From assembly GCA_050250375.1 (NCBI GenBank), contig JBFWOS010000003.1:209284-273283 (forward strand): DNA of 64,000 bases. The letters run 5' to 3'. The stretch's first letter is position 1, and every line of letters begins with the position of its first letter. The translations under genes and the position numbers were made by a program. Below the pieces are notes generated by a model, which was not told the origin of the DNA, ran no database searches, and worked only from the letters and a program-made list of their open reading frames with translations. Origin of the DNA: Candidatus Omnitrophota bacterium (GTDB taxonomy: Bacteria > Omnitrophota > Gorgyraeia > Zapsychrales > Zapsychraceae). Of this stretch, positions 49,307 through 58,122 are shown piece after piece.

Positions 49307-50083
49307 TTATTTGCCTACTTTTTTGTTAAACCGGTCGTCTGTAAGCCTGATTCCGTAATTGATCACCTCAACCAGATCACCAATATTATCGTAAATCTTC
49401 TCCTCAACCAAATCCCCATCACGATTATAACTCTTTTTGTACCCGCCCTTTAGCATATTCGTCAATTCCCATTCATACATCAGCGTACCGTTCCGGTAAA
49501 AAATTTTACCGTGTCCAACCTCCGGATCTTCCACAAAACGAAGCGCATCCTTAAAGTCTTCAATGAGGCGGGGAGTCCCGTCAAAATAATAAACTGTATT
49601 CTCCATTAACTGGCCGTTATAAAATTTGGCTTTCCTGTAAACCACTCCGTTATCATAATACTCAATGTAGGTTCCGTGTCTTTTCCCCTTCTGATACCGC
49701 TCCTCCCCGTAGGTATCTTTGGTCTCATTGATAAAACTGACCTTGCCTTCCGGCAAAACCCCTTTCAGATCTGTAATATCATCGTTTTTTACGCTATTGA
49801 ATTGGGCAATCAGCAGGCCTTCCGAATATAAGCGGCTTTCGGCAAATGTACGGTTTGGGTTCATGAGAATCTTTCGGATAACCTTCTCTTTATAGATCCG
49901 TCTGCGGTTTTCTTCATCCTTCCGTTCAAGTGCCGTTATTTTATTTGAAACAATCGCCCTATAAAGCAGTTTATTGAGGGTTGATTCAACCCATTTGTTC
50001 GCAAAAATCATAACACCGGTGAAAATAAGCACCGTTACGGTGAAATACATTTTAGCGGAACTCTTCTTGGCTTTTCTGTACAT
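49307..50083 (-). CDS. MORN-variant repeat protein (YwqK-like repeats) with N-terminal TM helix
   Basis: 258 aa with repeated GxxxxYYxNGxL motifs (HGTYIEYYDNGVVY…, GHGKIFYRNGTLMY…, KKSYNRDGDLVEEKIY). Confidence 0.55.
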   Translation of the reverse strand: MYRKAKKSSAKMYFTVTVLIFTGVMIFANKWVESTLNKLLYRAIVSNKITALERKDEENRRRIYKEKVIRKILMNPNRTFAESRLYSEGLLIAQFNSVKNDDITDLKGVLPEGKVSFINETKDTYGEERYQKGKRHGTYIEYYDNGVVYRKAKFYNGQLMENTVYYFDGTPRLIEDFKDALRFVEDPEVGHGKIFYRNGTLMYEWELTNMLKGGYKKSYNRDGDLVEEKIYDNIGDLVEVINYGIRLTDDRFNKKVGK

Positions 50084-50168
50084 ATTCCCGATCCTCTTTA
50101 TTTGAAAGCATTATAACATTACGAAAATACAAGAAGTCTGAATAATTCGGAAAAAATATTAAGGTTAG

Positions 50169-52259
50169 TTATAACTGTCCGGCAAGGAAATTGGCGATCT
50201 GATCTTTGAGGCTGCTCTTTAACGGTTCAGTCATCAGCAGTGATTTTTTGAAATCAGGTTCGAATAGTTCCGTCAGGGCCCGCTGGACCGTTTCAGGATC
50301 GGACGTGGCGATATTGAATTCCAGATTATCAATAAAACTCAGCTTGTCAAAATTAGCCGACCCGCTGCAGAACCAGCCGTCGTACACGGCGGCCTTGATA
50401 TGGCTCATCCCGGGATAAAAATAAACTTTGATCCCGTTATCAAACATCCAGTTGGCCGTGATGATATTGTTCATGTTCATGATCTCGTGATTGCCGTTGA
50501 CCGGAAGGATCACCCTGACATCCACCCCTCTTCGCCGGGCCTTGACCAGTTCGGTGATGATATTTCCGTCTGAAAAATAGGCGTTCGAGATATAAATATA
50601 TTTCTGCGCCCGCTGGATGGCGGCCAGCTGGGCTTTAAAAATCTGCGGGTCGTCGGGACGGGTGTATAAAGGACGGATGGGGATGCCTTTCATTTCCGTT
50701 TTCGGCTTGCGGTATTTGATCCGCTGGACCAGATACGAAATGTCCCCCAGCTTGTCCGCGTGCGCCCAGGCGATGTCAAACTCATGCAGGATTTCCTGGA
50801 CAATCGGCCCTCTCAATTCCATCATCAGGTCATGCCAGTCATAACGGTATTCCCGGCCGATATTCATGCCCCCGGTGTAACCCACCTCTTCATCAATCAC
50901 AATGGTTTTGGTGTGGTCCGCTTTCAGCCAGGCGTTAGGCCTCACCCGGACATCAATATCCGACCCTTTTGTTAAATATTTGACGATGGACGCCGGCGGT
51001 TTAAATCCCGACGGCAAACCGTCCGGGACAGTGCCCTGCCCCATAATCGTGCCGATGCCGTCCAGCAGGACACGCACGCTCATCTTCTTTTCATCGGATT
51101 TTAGTTTCAGGATATTGGCAATGTCCACGGCATAATCATCATTGTCAAAAATAAACGTGCGCACATCAATCGAATTCTGCGCGGAGCGCATTGATTTCTC
51201 CAGGGCCGTAAAAAACGCCTCCCCGCCGATCAAAAACCCGATGGTCCCGCTGGATCTGTTCTTCCCGACGATACCATCCAAAATTTTTTCAAATTCCTCC
51301 AGGTCCATTCCCGGCCCTTCTTTTAAAGGGGGAACAGGTTCCGAAGGAAAAACGGGCGGCACCCACCTTTGCGGCTTGAGCGAATGGACCGCCGAACCTT
51401 TCGCCCAGGAATACAGACGGAAGGCCGACGAAAACGGCCGGGTCGCTACTCCGATGAGCTGTCCGTCCAGAATAATTTGGTCCGCCGATTTCAGGCTGCC
51501 GGACAACGGTATCAAATAACCCGATTTTTCCGAATGAATAATCTTAAGACTCACCGCCATCGCGTTTGGAATGTCGATATACAAAAAGGTCTGCTGGTCA
51601 TCGAAGGAAGACTGCACACTCAGAAGAACCCTTTGTGCGTTCATCCCGTTTGTATTCAGAAATTTCTTCAGCGTACTGATAATCAAATGGGTGAATTGGG
51701 TCTGGTTATACGATTTTTGAATGGAGACCTGGAGCGGTTTATCTTTATATTCAATAATCCGGATGTCGCCCTGGGCGTCGTGGTAATAGACCAGTTCAAG
51801 AAAATCATACCGGACCAGCGACCCTGCGTTCGTTTTCTCCGGTGCGATGGCTTTGCTTAACTGCGCCTGGAATGCCTCCCACTGGTCCTCGGCCAAAACG
51901 GCCACTGCGGACATTTCAGACGATTTGTCCTCCCAGCGCTCTTCGCCGATAAAATCGAGGTTCAGGACAATATTTTTGTCGAGGCTGATCTTGCGCACGG
52001 CATCCTTGCCCCATTTCGCCCGGGCAAAAAAATCCCGGCTCTGGTCGCTATCCTTCAAAAAAGCCCTGAACCGAACATAGATCTGGTCGTCGTCACTGCG
52101 GGCTTCAAGGACTTCAAGTTTGGCGGACTGGTTGACCCAGACATAGGCGGTATCGGTGAGGGCATTCCCGCGGAACTGCCCGGAGGCCGCGCATCCGCCG
52201 GCCAATACCGAGAGGAATAAAATATTCAAAAAATGATAAATTAGTTTCTTTAAGGGCAT
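50169..52259 (-). CDS. Phospholipase D / cardiolipin-synthase-family lipoprotein with two HKD motifs and a large unknown N-terminal domain
   Basis: HKD motifs ADHTKTIVID…GGMNIG and SHIKAAVYD…GSANFD. I prefer the start at Met 52259 (MPLKKLIYHFLNILFLSVLAGGCAAS lipobox), which avoids overlap with ppa. The track ORF extends to 52310. Confidence 0.65.
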   Translation of the reverse strand: MPLKKLIYHFLNILFLSVLAGGCAASGQFRGNALTDTAYVWVNQSAKLEVLEARSDDDQIYVRFRAFLKDSDQSRDFFARAKWGKDAVRKISLDKNIVLNLDFIGEERWEDKSSEMSAVAVLAEDQWEAFQAQLSKAIAPEKTNAGSLVRYDFLELVYYHDAQGDIRIIEYKDKPLQVSIQKSYNQTQFTHLIISTLKKFLNTNGMNAQRVLLSVQSSFDDQQTFLYIDIPNAMAVSLKIIHSEKSGYLIPLSGSLKSADQIILDGQLIGVATRPFSSAFRLYSWAKGSAVHSLKPQRWVPPVFPSEPVPPLKEGPGMDLEEFEKILDGIVGKNRSSGTIGFLIGGEAFFTALEKSMRSAQNSIDVRTFIFDNDDYAVDIANILKLKSDEKKMSVRVLLDGIGTIMGQGTVPDGLPSGFKPPASIVKYLTKGSDIDVRVRPNAWLKADHTKTIVIDEEVGYTGGMNIGREYRYDWHDLMMELRGPIVQEILHEFDIAWAHADKLGDISYLVQRIKYRKPKTEMKGIPIRPLYTRPDDPQIFKAQLAAIQRAQKYIYISNAYFSDGNIITELVKARRRGVDVRVILPVNGNHEIMNMNNIITANWMFDNGIKVYFYPGMSHIKAAVYDGWFCSGSANFDKLSFIDNLEFNIATSDPETVQRALTELFEPDFKKSLLMTEPLKSSLKDQIANFLAGQL

Positions 52260-52266
52260 GTGTGCT

Positions 52267-52770
52267 TCAGGATTTATGAGAATCCTTGTACCGCTGAAGG
52301 GCTTCTTCAATCGTTACATACGCCGCTTTTTTATCGGCCCACCCTTCAACACTTACCTTTTTATATTCCAGATCCTTGTAAACATTAAAGAAATGTTCAA
52401 TTTCTTTGAGCAAATGCGGCTGGACTTCTTCAATATGATGGATATGGTTCCACAACGGATCACTGACGGGGATACAGAGTATTTTCTCATCAGGCCCTTT
52501 TTCATCGGTCATTTTAAACAAGCCGATCGGACGGGCTTCGATAATACATCCGGGAAAAGTCGATTCAGTGACCAGGACCAGCGCGTCCAGCGGGTCGCCG
52601 TCCAGGGCTAATGTGTCGGGGAAAAAACCATAATCACTTGGATAATGCACAGCGGAAAAAAGCATCCGGTCAAACTTGATGACCTTCCGGACTTTATCGT
52701 ATTCATATTTGTTGCGGCTGCCCTTGGGAATTTCTACGGTAACCCAAAAAGTTTTTTGATCAGATATCAT
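52267..52770 (-). CDS. ppa: Inorganic pyrophosphatase
   Basis: 167 aa family I PPase (…EIPKGSRNKYEYD… DGDPLDALV…). Confidence 0.9.
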   Translation of the reverse strand: MISDQKTFWVTVEIPKGSRNKYEYDKVRKVIKFDRMLFSAVHYPSDYGFFPDTLALDGDPLDALVLVTESTFPGCIIEARPIGLFKMTDEKGPDEKILCIPVSDPLWNHIHHIEEVQPHLLKEIEHFFNVYKDLEYKKVSVEGWADKKAAYVTIEEALQRYKDSHKS

Positions 52771-52810
52771 ATTTTGTTCCTTAATTTTCTAAGTAGTATA
52801 ACAAATTAAA

Positions 52811-52870
52811 AAGGGATCGGCCTTTTCTTTCTCAGTTTTTTGAGAGAAAAAGCCGACCCCTTTTTATTCA
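52811..52870 (-). terminator. Long imperfect hairpin with flanking A and T runs, between the nuclease gene 3' region and ppa
   Basis: GGGATCGGCC-TTTTCTTTCTCAG-TTTTTT-GAGAGAAAAAG-CCGACCCC followed by TTTTTATT. The outer stem pairs 8 of 9 positions plus an inner stem. Confidence 0.4.
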
Positions 52871-53051
52871 AGTATTGCTGTAAATTCAAATGCTGAGTCG
52901 ACCAACTTGAAATTTCTAACCCTGAAACCGGTGACGCAATCAGGCCTAAATCTTTCGTGAGTAATACGTCAATTATGCAATATATTTTGGAATCGTCAAG
53001 ACGACAGAACGGGTTGGACTAGGACAGGGTAGGACAAAACGAACAGACGGG

Positions 53052-54080
53052 TTACACCCTGCGGGCGTGGCCTTCTTCGAGAAGCAGATTATTCAAATAC
53101 ACGTCACTCGCCGGGGCAGGTGCTTCCCCTTGCGGGATAAAGACATCCGCGAGGTACCGGGCATATTTATCGGGGCGGCTGGAGCGCATCACGATCAGCG
53201 CTGACTCCTTTAACAGCGACTGCACAAACACCTTGGCCGCGTCTCCCTCTTTGGTGCCGAGTTCCGGCGCGTCGATATCCCGCAGGCGCAGGGTTTCGGT
53301 GTGCTCAAGACGGAACCCCAGATCAACGCGGACCTTGAGCGTGTCAGCGTCCACCACCCGTTCAATCACCGCCGCGTACGTGAACAGGTCTTTGGTCCCG
53401 CGCTCACTGCGTTTGAGCGAATAGCGGTCGGTCGCGGGATCAAAAGCGCTTTCAACAATCTCATCCGCCTCGAATTTCGCTACAGCGCGCGCCGAAAGCC
53501 GTTTGTACACGCTGAAACCCAGATCCAGCAGCCACACTCGCTCATCTTTGCCCGCGCCCAGCTGCGGCCGATGCACCAGCCGGTACGTGTACAATTGACC
53601 GCGCGCGGATGTCAGCAATGTTTGTGACGGAGGAGTTTCCTTTTCAACAGGAGCACCATTAAATTTCCGTGTTTTAACACGTGTCTCCAGTTCCTCGGCA
53701 GACCAGCCGTTGCGTCCCGCCTTTTCCTCGATCAACAATCGTTCCTGATCATCGGCAATGGTGATCAGCTTACGGTAATGACTCCAGGTGAATTGGTGCC
53801 GGCCGGCACCAATTGGCAGGCGGGGATATTTCTCAGCGAACCTGACACAACGATTTAACACCGTCCGGTCAACATTCAGGTCTTTCGCCAGGCGCAGGAC
53901 CACTTCAGCGCCGTATTCAGCACGGTCGGCATGTTTTAAAACATGCGCGTGGATTAACCGCCCGGTTTCCCAGTAAACCTTCACCTTCTCCGCCTCAATC
54001 CTCTGCTGGCCGAGGATCAGCGTCTGTTTGACCTTTTGAAAGAGAGTTTTGTAGGTGGAAGGTAAGTTTGTTTTCGGCAT
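53052..54080 (-). CDS. Fusion protein: DUF1016_N (YhcG N-terminal-like) domain plus C-terminal staphylococcal-nuclease (SNase/thermonuclease) domain
   Basis: 342 aa with N-terminal …VYWETGRLIHAHVL…AEYGAEVVLRLAKDL…FTWSHYRKL… typical of DUF1016_N. The C-terminus has VVDADTLKVRV…LRLRDIDAPE…DKYARYLADV (SNase D-D-T / R-L-x-x-I-D-A-P-E / D-K-Y-G-R-like). Local GC is roughly 58%, against about 45% in the flanks. Confidence 0.6.
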   Translation of the reverse strand: MPKTNLPSTYKTLFQKVKQTLILGQQRIEAEKVKVYWETGRLIHAHVLKHADRAEYGAEVVLRLAKDLNVDRTVLNRCVRFAEKYPRLPIGAGRHQFTWSHYRKLITIADDQERLLIEEKAGRNGWSAEELETRVKTRKFNGAPVEKETPPSQTLLTSARGQLYTYRLVHRPQLGAGKDERVWLLDLGFSVYKRLSARAVAKFEADEIVESAFDPATDRYSLKRSERGTKDLFTYAAVIERVVDADTLKVRVDLGFRLEHTETLRLRDIDAPELGTKEGDAAKVFVQSLLKESALIVMRSSRPDKYARYLADVFIPQGEAPAPASDVYLNNLLLEEGHARRV

Positions 54081-54154
54081 GACTGACCTTTATTAATTAG
54101 GGTTAAGGTATATTCCTATTTTTACTTGGTCGTTCTTTCCCATGGGGGCCATCC

Positions 54155-54466
54155 TTAAGGAAGAAAGAATAAGTTTGTTGTCACCCAGTTGAGTTTGTTT
54201 GTCCACCCGCGGATTTGTCTCCCGGACGGGTCAAACAAATCTCCCACGTAATCGCCTTTTTTGATCCGTTCACTGCGTGGCTCATCGATGTGTTCGATGG
54301 TTTGAAAAGGCAGGACGAGGTTGCAGACTTCCTGTGTTTTCCCGTTCCACACCAGCTCCACTTCCCGGTCGTCGTCAAACAAAAGGAACCGGTATTTCTC
54401 AGGCAGGGGTTTACCTTCCTGGATTAATTTGATCGCGTCTCTTTTTTCGTTATCCGATAATTTCAT
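54155..54466 (-). pseudogene. N-terminal remnant (~100 aa) of an adenine-specific DNA methyltransferase (COG2189 / Type III Mod or Type IIG-like). Truncated at the start of the catalytic domain.
   Basis: MKLSDNEKRDAIKLIQEGKPLPEKYRFLLFDDDREVELVWNGKTQEVCNLVLPFQTIEHIDEPR matches the characteristic N-terminus of this MTase family. The ORF ends at …WTNKLNWVTTNLFFLP*, where the W-x-N-K/R-L-I-x-G-D-N motif of the MTase domain should begin. No continuation is seen in any frame. Confidence 0.5.
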
Positions 54467-54640
54467 AAGAAAAAAGGTCAGACCCCTTTTACGGCTGACC
54501 CGCGCTGAATGGGTTTAAAGCTTAAAGTTTAACGGTTAAGGTTACGGGTGATTCTTAAGGTAATTTGTTATACCACAAAATACTTCGGGTTGAAACCGGC
54601 ATTTTTCCAACTTTCTCCTGAATGGCGGCCTTTGGCAGGC

Positions 54641-54688
54641 TCAATAAAAAAGGGCCTTGATAAACGGTTTTCCGTCGATAAGGCCCTT
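54641..54688 (-). terminator. Rho-independent terminator downstream of the DUF2934 gene (minus-strand sense)
   Basis: AAGGGCCTT…(21-nt loop with inner pairing)…AAGGCCCTT, a perfect 9-bp inverted repeat. The plus-strand A-run AATAAAAAA gives a U-run after the hairpin on the minus strand. Confidence 0.55.
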
Positions 54689-54708
54689 AATTACTTATTT
54701 GTGATTTC

Positions 54709-55218
54709 TTATTTGCCTTCAAGTTTGATTAATTCTGTAGCGATATGCCAGTCATATTCGTTGGTGCCCTGGACGTATCCCTTTTGTTCGTACAATTCAT
54801 ACGCTTTTTGAGCGATCAGCTGCTGGGTTTCTTCATCTTCCAGGTCGAGATCAAACCGTTTTCTTGAACTTGACTGTTCTTTTTCAAGTTCCAGCCGGAC
54901 CAGTTTGTCCGCCAGTTCCCAGTCATATTTATCCAGACCGTGGTTATAACCCCGAAGCTGAAACAATTCGTAGGCCTTTTCGGCGATCCGTTGCTGCAGG
55001 GTGTCGGATGAATCGGCAGTGTTGAAGGTATCCACGATATCCGCTTCATTGGTCATTTCTGTTTTCGGCCGTTCAGGAGCAGGAGCGGCGGCAGCCGTTC
55101 TGGGCGCGGCAGCTCTTCTGGGGGAAGCAACCCGTGTCGTTTCCTTCTGAGGAAGCAGAGATTTAGCCCTCCTCAGTTTATTTCTGGTCGTATTCGAATC
55201 TTTTAGAGACATGATCAA
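54709..55218 (-). CDS. DUF2934-repeat protein with Ala/Pro/Arg-rich N-terminus
   Basis: Two copies of the ~45-aa motif IAxKAYELxxxxGYxxGxxxYDWxxAxxLxxLE. The N-terminus is low-complexity (RRAAAPRTAAAAPAPERP). Confidence 0.45.
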   Translation of the reverse strand: MIMSLKDSNTTRNKLRRAKSLLPQKETTRVASPRRAAAPRTAAAAPAPERPKTEMTNEADIVDTFNTADSSDTLQQRIAEKAYELFQLRGYNHGLDKYDWELADKLVRLELEKEQSSSRKRFDLDLEDEETQQLIAQKAYELYEQKGYVQGTNEYDWHIATELIKLEGK

Positions 55219-55237
55219 ACTCCTTTTTCAAAAATTT

Positions 55238-56905
55238 TTAAGAAGAAATCTTGGATTGTTTCGAATGGTGCTGGTGCGAAATGCCTGAGGTGTCCGACTG
55301 ATTGTTTGAACAATAATATTTCCCGCAGTCCATATCGGCAAAAATATTATTGTCTTTTTCCAGTTGTTCCAAGAAAGCCGTGTTGAGCTTTCCTTCCATG
55401 AGATCATTGTATATACGGGTGAACGCCCCCAAATGGGTGTTGATCCGTTCGACCGCGTAATTAACCATGGTCCCGGTTTTCATGATAAAAGGCCAGTCGC
55501 TTGATTCGGCCAGGAGCAATTCCCGTGCCGCCTGGTTTAACGCCCGGGTGATCCATTGTTGCGAATCGTCGATATAGGCATGGCCATATTTGGCACACAA
55601 TTCCTGCATGCAGAGCGAGGCATGGTGCAGATGGCGGTAAACCCAGTCGTTGGTGTCATTGAGCCAATAAGCGTTATACCCTTGCGCCCCCCACGTTGAT
55701 TCGGCGGGGACCGCCATCTGGTTGACCCGATATTCGTCCAGGTAATCGCTGGGCGTAATCATTTCGATCGTATCCTGGTCATAAGCTATTTTTCTGACGA
55801 GAAAATCGATAAACATCGGGCCTTCGTACCACCAGTGGCCGTACAATTCCGCGTCATAGGGAGCGACGATGATGGGTTTGCGGTCCATGACCGTCGTGAG
55901 ATGTTCCACCTGCTTGATCCTGTTATTCATAAAATCCTGGGCGTGCATGGCGGCCTTCTTCTGCGCCCAATCAGGGCGGTAGGCTTCCTTGTAATTTCCG
56001 CTGCCGGTGATGCGCCAGTATTTAATCCCGGTATTGACCCTGATCCCCTCGGGATGGATGTACGGCTTAATATATTCGAAATCACGGTCGAATCCGATAT
56101 CTTTGTAATATTCCCGGTAATCCGGATCGCCGGGATACCCTTCTTTTGAACTCCACACCTGTTTCGATGTTTCTTCGTCCCGGCCAAAAGCCGCAACTCC
56201 CGACGGGCACAAGATCGGGGCATAAACGTTATATAACGGCACCGGATCCGCGTGTGTTATTCCATGCGTATCTGTAAAAAAATATTTAACGCCGGCCTTC
56301 TTTAATATTTCATCGACCCCGGCGGTATAACCGCACTCAGGCAGCCAGATCCCTTTGGGGGGACGGCCGAAGATCTTGGTATAAGAATCAACCCCGATAT
56401 TGATCTGCGCCTCGGCTGATTTTGGATTCACGTTGAGGATCGGTAAAAGGCCGTGCGTCGCGCCGCAGGTGATAATTTCCAGACAGCCGGCATCCTGGAA
56501 TTCCTTAAAGGCCTGGACAAGATCACAATGATAGCGTTCGGCGTAAATCTCTCTGGTCTCCCGGAATTTCCGGTAATACATCAGGGCCAGACCGTGGTAA
56601 TGCGGTTCATGCCCGGTATAATCCAATTCCTTTTCCGTCAATTCAATCAATTTATCGAGGTGAATCAGGAAGCGTTCCTGCAGCAACGGATCCTTGAGCA
56701 TTTGCACCAAAGGCGGAGTCAGAGACATCGTGATGCGAAACGGGATACGGTCGTTGACCAGATGGTCGAACGTATTGATCAGAGGTATATAAGTCTCGGT
56801 GATCGCTTCAAATAACCACCGTTCTTCCAGCCTGTCCGGACGATCAGGATGGCGCACAAACGGCAGATGCGCGTGAAGCATCAGACTTAAATAGCCTTTG
56901 GGCAT
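55238..56905 (-). CDS. Glycoside hydrolase family 57 protein (1,4-alpha-glucan branching enzyme-like)
   Basis: 555 aa with the N-terminus MPKGYLSLMLHAHLPFVRHPD typical of GH57/DUF1957 branching enzymes. Confidence 0.75.
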   Translation of the reverse strand: MPKGYLSLMLHAHLPFVRHPDRPDRLEERWLFEAITETYIPLINTFDHLVNDRIPFRITMSLTPPLVQMLKDPLLQERFLIHLDKLIELTEKELDYTGHEPHYHGLALMYYRKFRETREIYAERYHCDLVQAFKEFQDAGCLEIITCGATHGLLPILNVNPKSAEAQINIGVDSYTKIFGRPPKGIWLPECGYTAGVDEILKKAGVKYFFTDTHGITHADPVPLYNVYAPILCPSGVAAFGRDEETSKQVWSSKEGYPGDPDYREYYKDIGFDRDFEYIKPYIHPEGIRVNTGIKYWRITGSGNYKEAYRPDWAQKKAAMHAQDFMNNRIKQVEHLTTVMDRKPIIVAPYDAELYGHWWYEGPMFIDFLVRKIAYDQDTIEMITPSDYLDEYRVNQMAVPAESTWGAQGYNAYWLNDTNDWVYRHLHHASLCMQELCAKYGHAYIDDSQQWITRALNQAARELLLAESSDWPFIMKTGTMVNYAVERINTHLGAFTRIYNDLMEGKLNTAFLEQLEKDNNIFADMDCGKYYCSNNQSDTSGISHQHHSKQSKISS

Positions 56906-56913
56906 TTTTTCCT

Positions 56914-58104
56914 CTACGAATAGTGTTCTTCGGTCGGGGTTCGTATGACCGAGGTGGTGATTGCTTTTCCTAAGTTCTTCTTGGGTGAATACGCCTTAAA
57001 ATCCAAAGGCAGGACTCCGTCTTCGAGTGTCCAGTGCAAGGTGAACGTCCCGTTTTCATTGAGCGGAATCCTTTTAGTCCCTAAATAAACCTCTGCGTCG
57101 GGTTCCGTTTTTCCCTTAACTGTCAGTGTCATTTCAATCACAAAAGGAAAGACATCCTTGACCTTGTCTTTAAAAAACTGGTCGGAAGATCCGCCGGCCT
57201 TTTCGGTCTCTTTTGTCCGCGTCGCGACACCGCCCATCGGGGTCTGTTCAAATTCAACATTTCCCGGCAACAATTGTTTGATGGTAATTTTCTTGTCTTT
57301 CTGTATATGTTCCAGATAAAATTTCATCATAGGAACGCGTTTCTGGTAATACAGCCTGATATCGTCGGTGTTAAGGATCAGTTTGGAATTGTCCATCTGC
57401 CAGTTGGTCCTGGGTTTCAGCCGGCCCCTTAATGAACGGTTCAACAAACGGACATTTACGTACATATTCTGCAGATCATTGCTGTCGGCGAGTTCTTTCC
57501 AGATGAGATCCCTGCGTTGCGACGCGCCGGAACGCTGGGTCCGGATATAATTCGAACGGGCCAGGGAATAAAAATCCCCGGAATTGGTCCGCAGTCCGAT
57601 CTCGCAGACAAAGGTAGCGTCATCGCTTCCGACGCTGATATAGCGGTGATTCATATGCAGCTCATCCAGATCAAACCAATAATTGGCGTTAGTCCCGTTA
57701 AAGTCCAAAAGAGTCACATCGTAAACTCTCAGCGTATATACGGCTGAATCAGCCGCTTGACCGATTTGTTTTTTGATCTCATTGGCATCGTCCCCGTGAA
57801 TTTCCCAATATGCGTAAAGTACATACGGCTCTTTCGAAAGTAAAGTGACATAAGTCTGAAAATAACTTTGAGGCAGGCTGGCTTTTTCTACGGCCTCATA
57901 AGAAGAATATAAATTGAGCGCTGGTTGTTTGGAAAGGGCAGGGGTAATTACTTTTTTCGGACTACTTTTTCGGACGGTTGTTTTTCGTGTGGCTGTTTTC
58001 TTGACTGTTTTTTTTACTGTTTTCTTCTTTGGTATAACCGCCTTGGAGACCTTTTTGGTTTTACTTGAAGACGTTTTCTTTTTTTTAGGTGTGGAAGTCG
58101 CCAC
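56914..58104 (-). CDS. DUF4912-family protein with Lys-rich, histone-H1-like N-terminal tail
   Basis: 396 aa. The first 60 aa are about 40% Lys/Thr/Ser (KKKKTSSSKTKKVSKAVIPKKKTVKKTVKK). It is adjacent to GH57, the known DUF4912 context (…PYVLYAYWEI…). Confidence 0.55.
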   Translation of the reverse strand: MATSTPKKKKTSSSKTKKVSKAVIPKKKTVKKTVKKTATRKTTVRKSSPKKVITPALSKQPALNLYSSYEAVEKASLPQSYFQTYVTLLSKEPYVLYAYWEIHGDDANEIKKQIGQAADSAVYTLRVYDVTLLDFNGTNANYWFDLDELHMNHRYISVGSDDATFVCEIGLRTNSGDFYSLARSNYIRTQRSGASQRRDLIWKELADSNDLQNMYVNVRLLNRSLRGRLKPRTNWQMDNSKLILNTDDIRLYYQKRVPMMKFYLEHIQKDKKITIKQLLPGNVEFEQTPMGGVATRTKETEKAGGSSDQFFKDKVKDVFPFVIEMTLTVKGKTEPDAEVYLGTKRIPLNENGTFTLHWTLEDGVLPLDFKAYSPKKNLGKAITTSVIRTPTEEHYS

Positions 58105-58122
58105 TGTATCTATCCTTCATGT

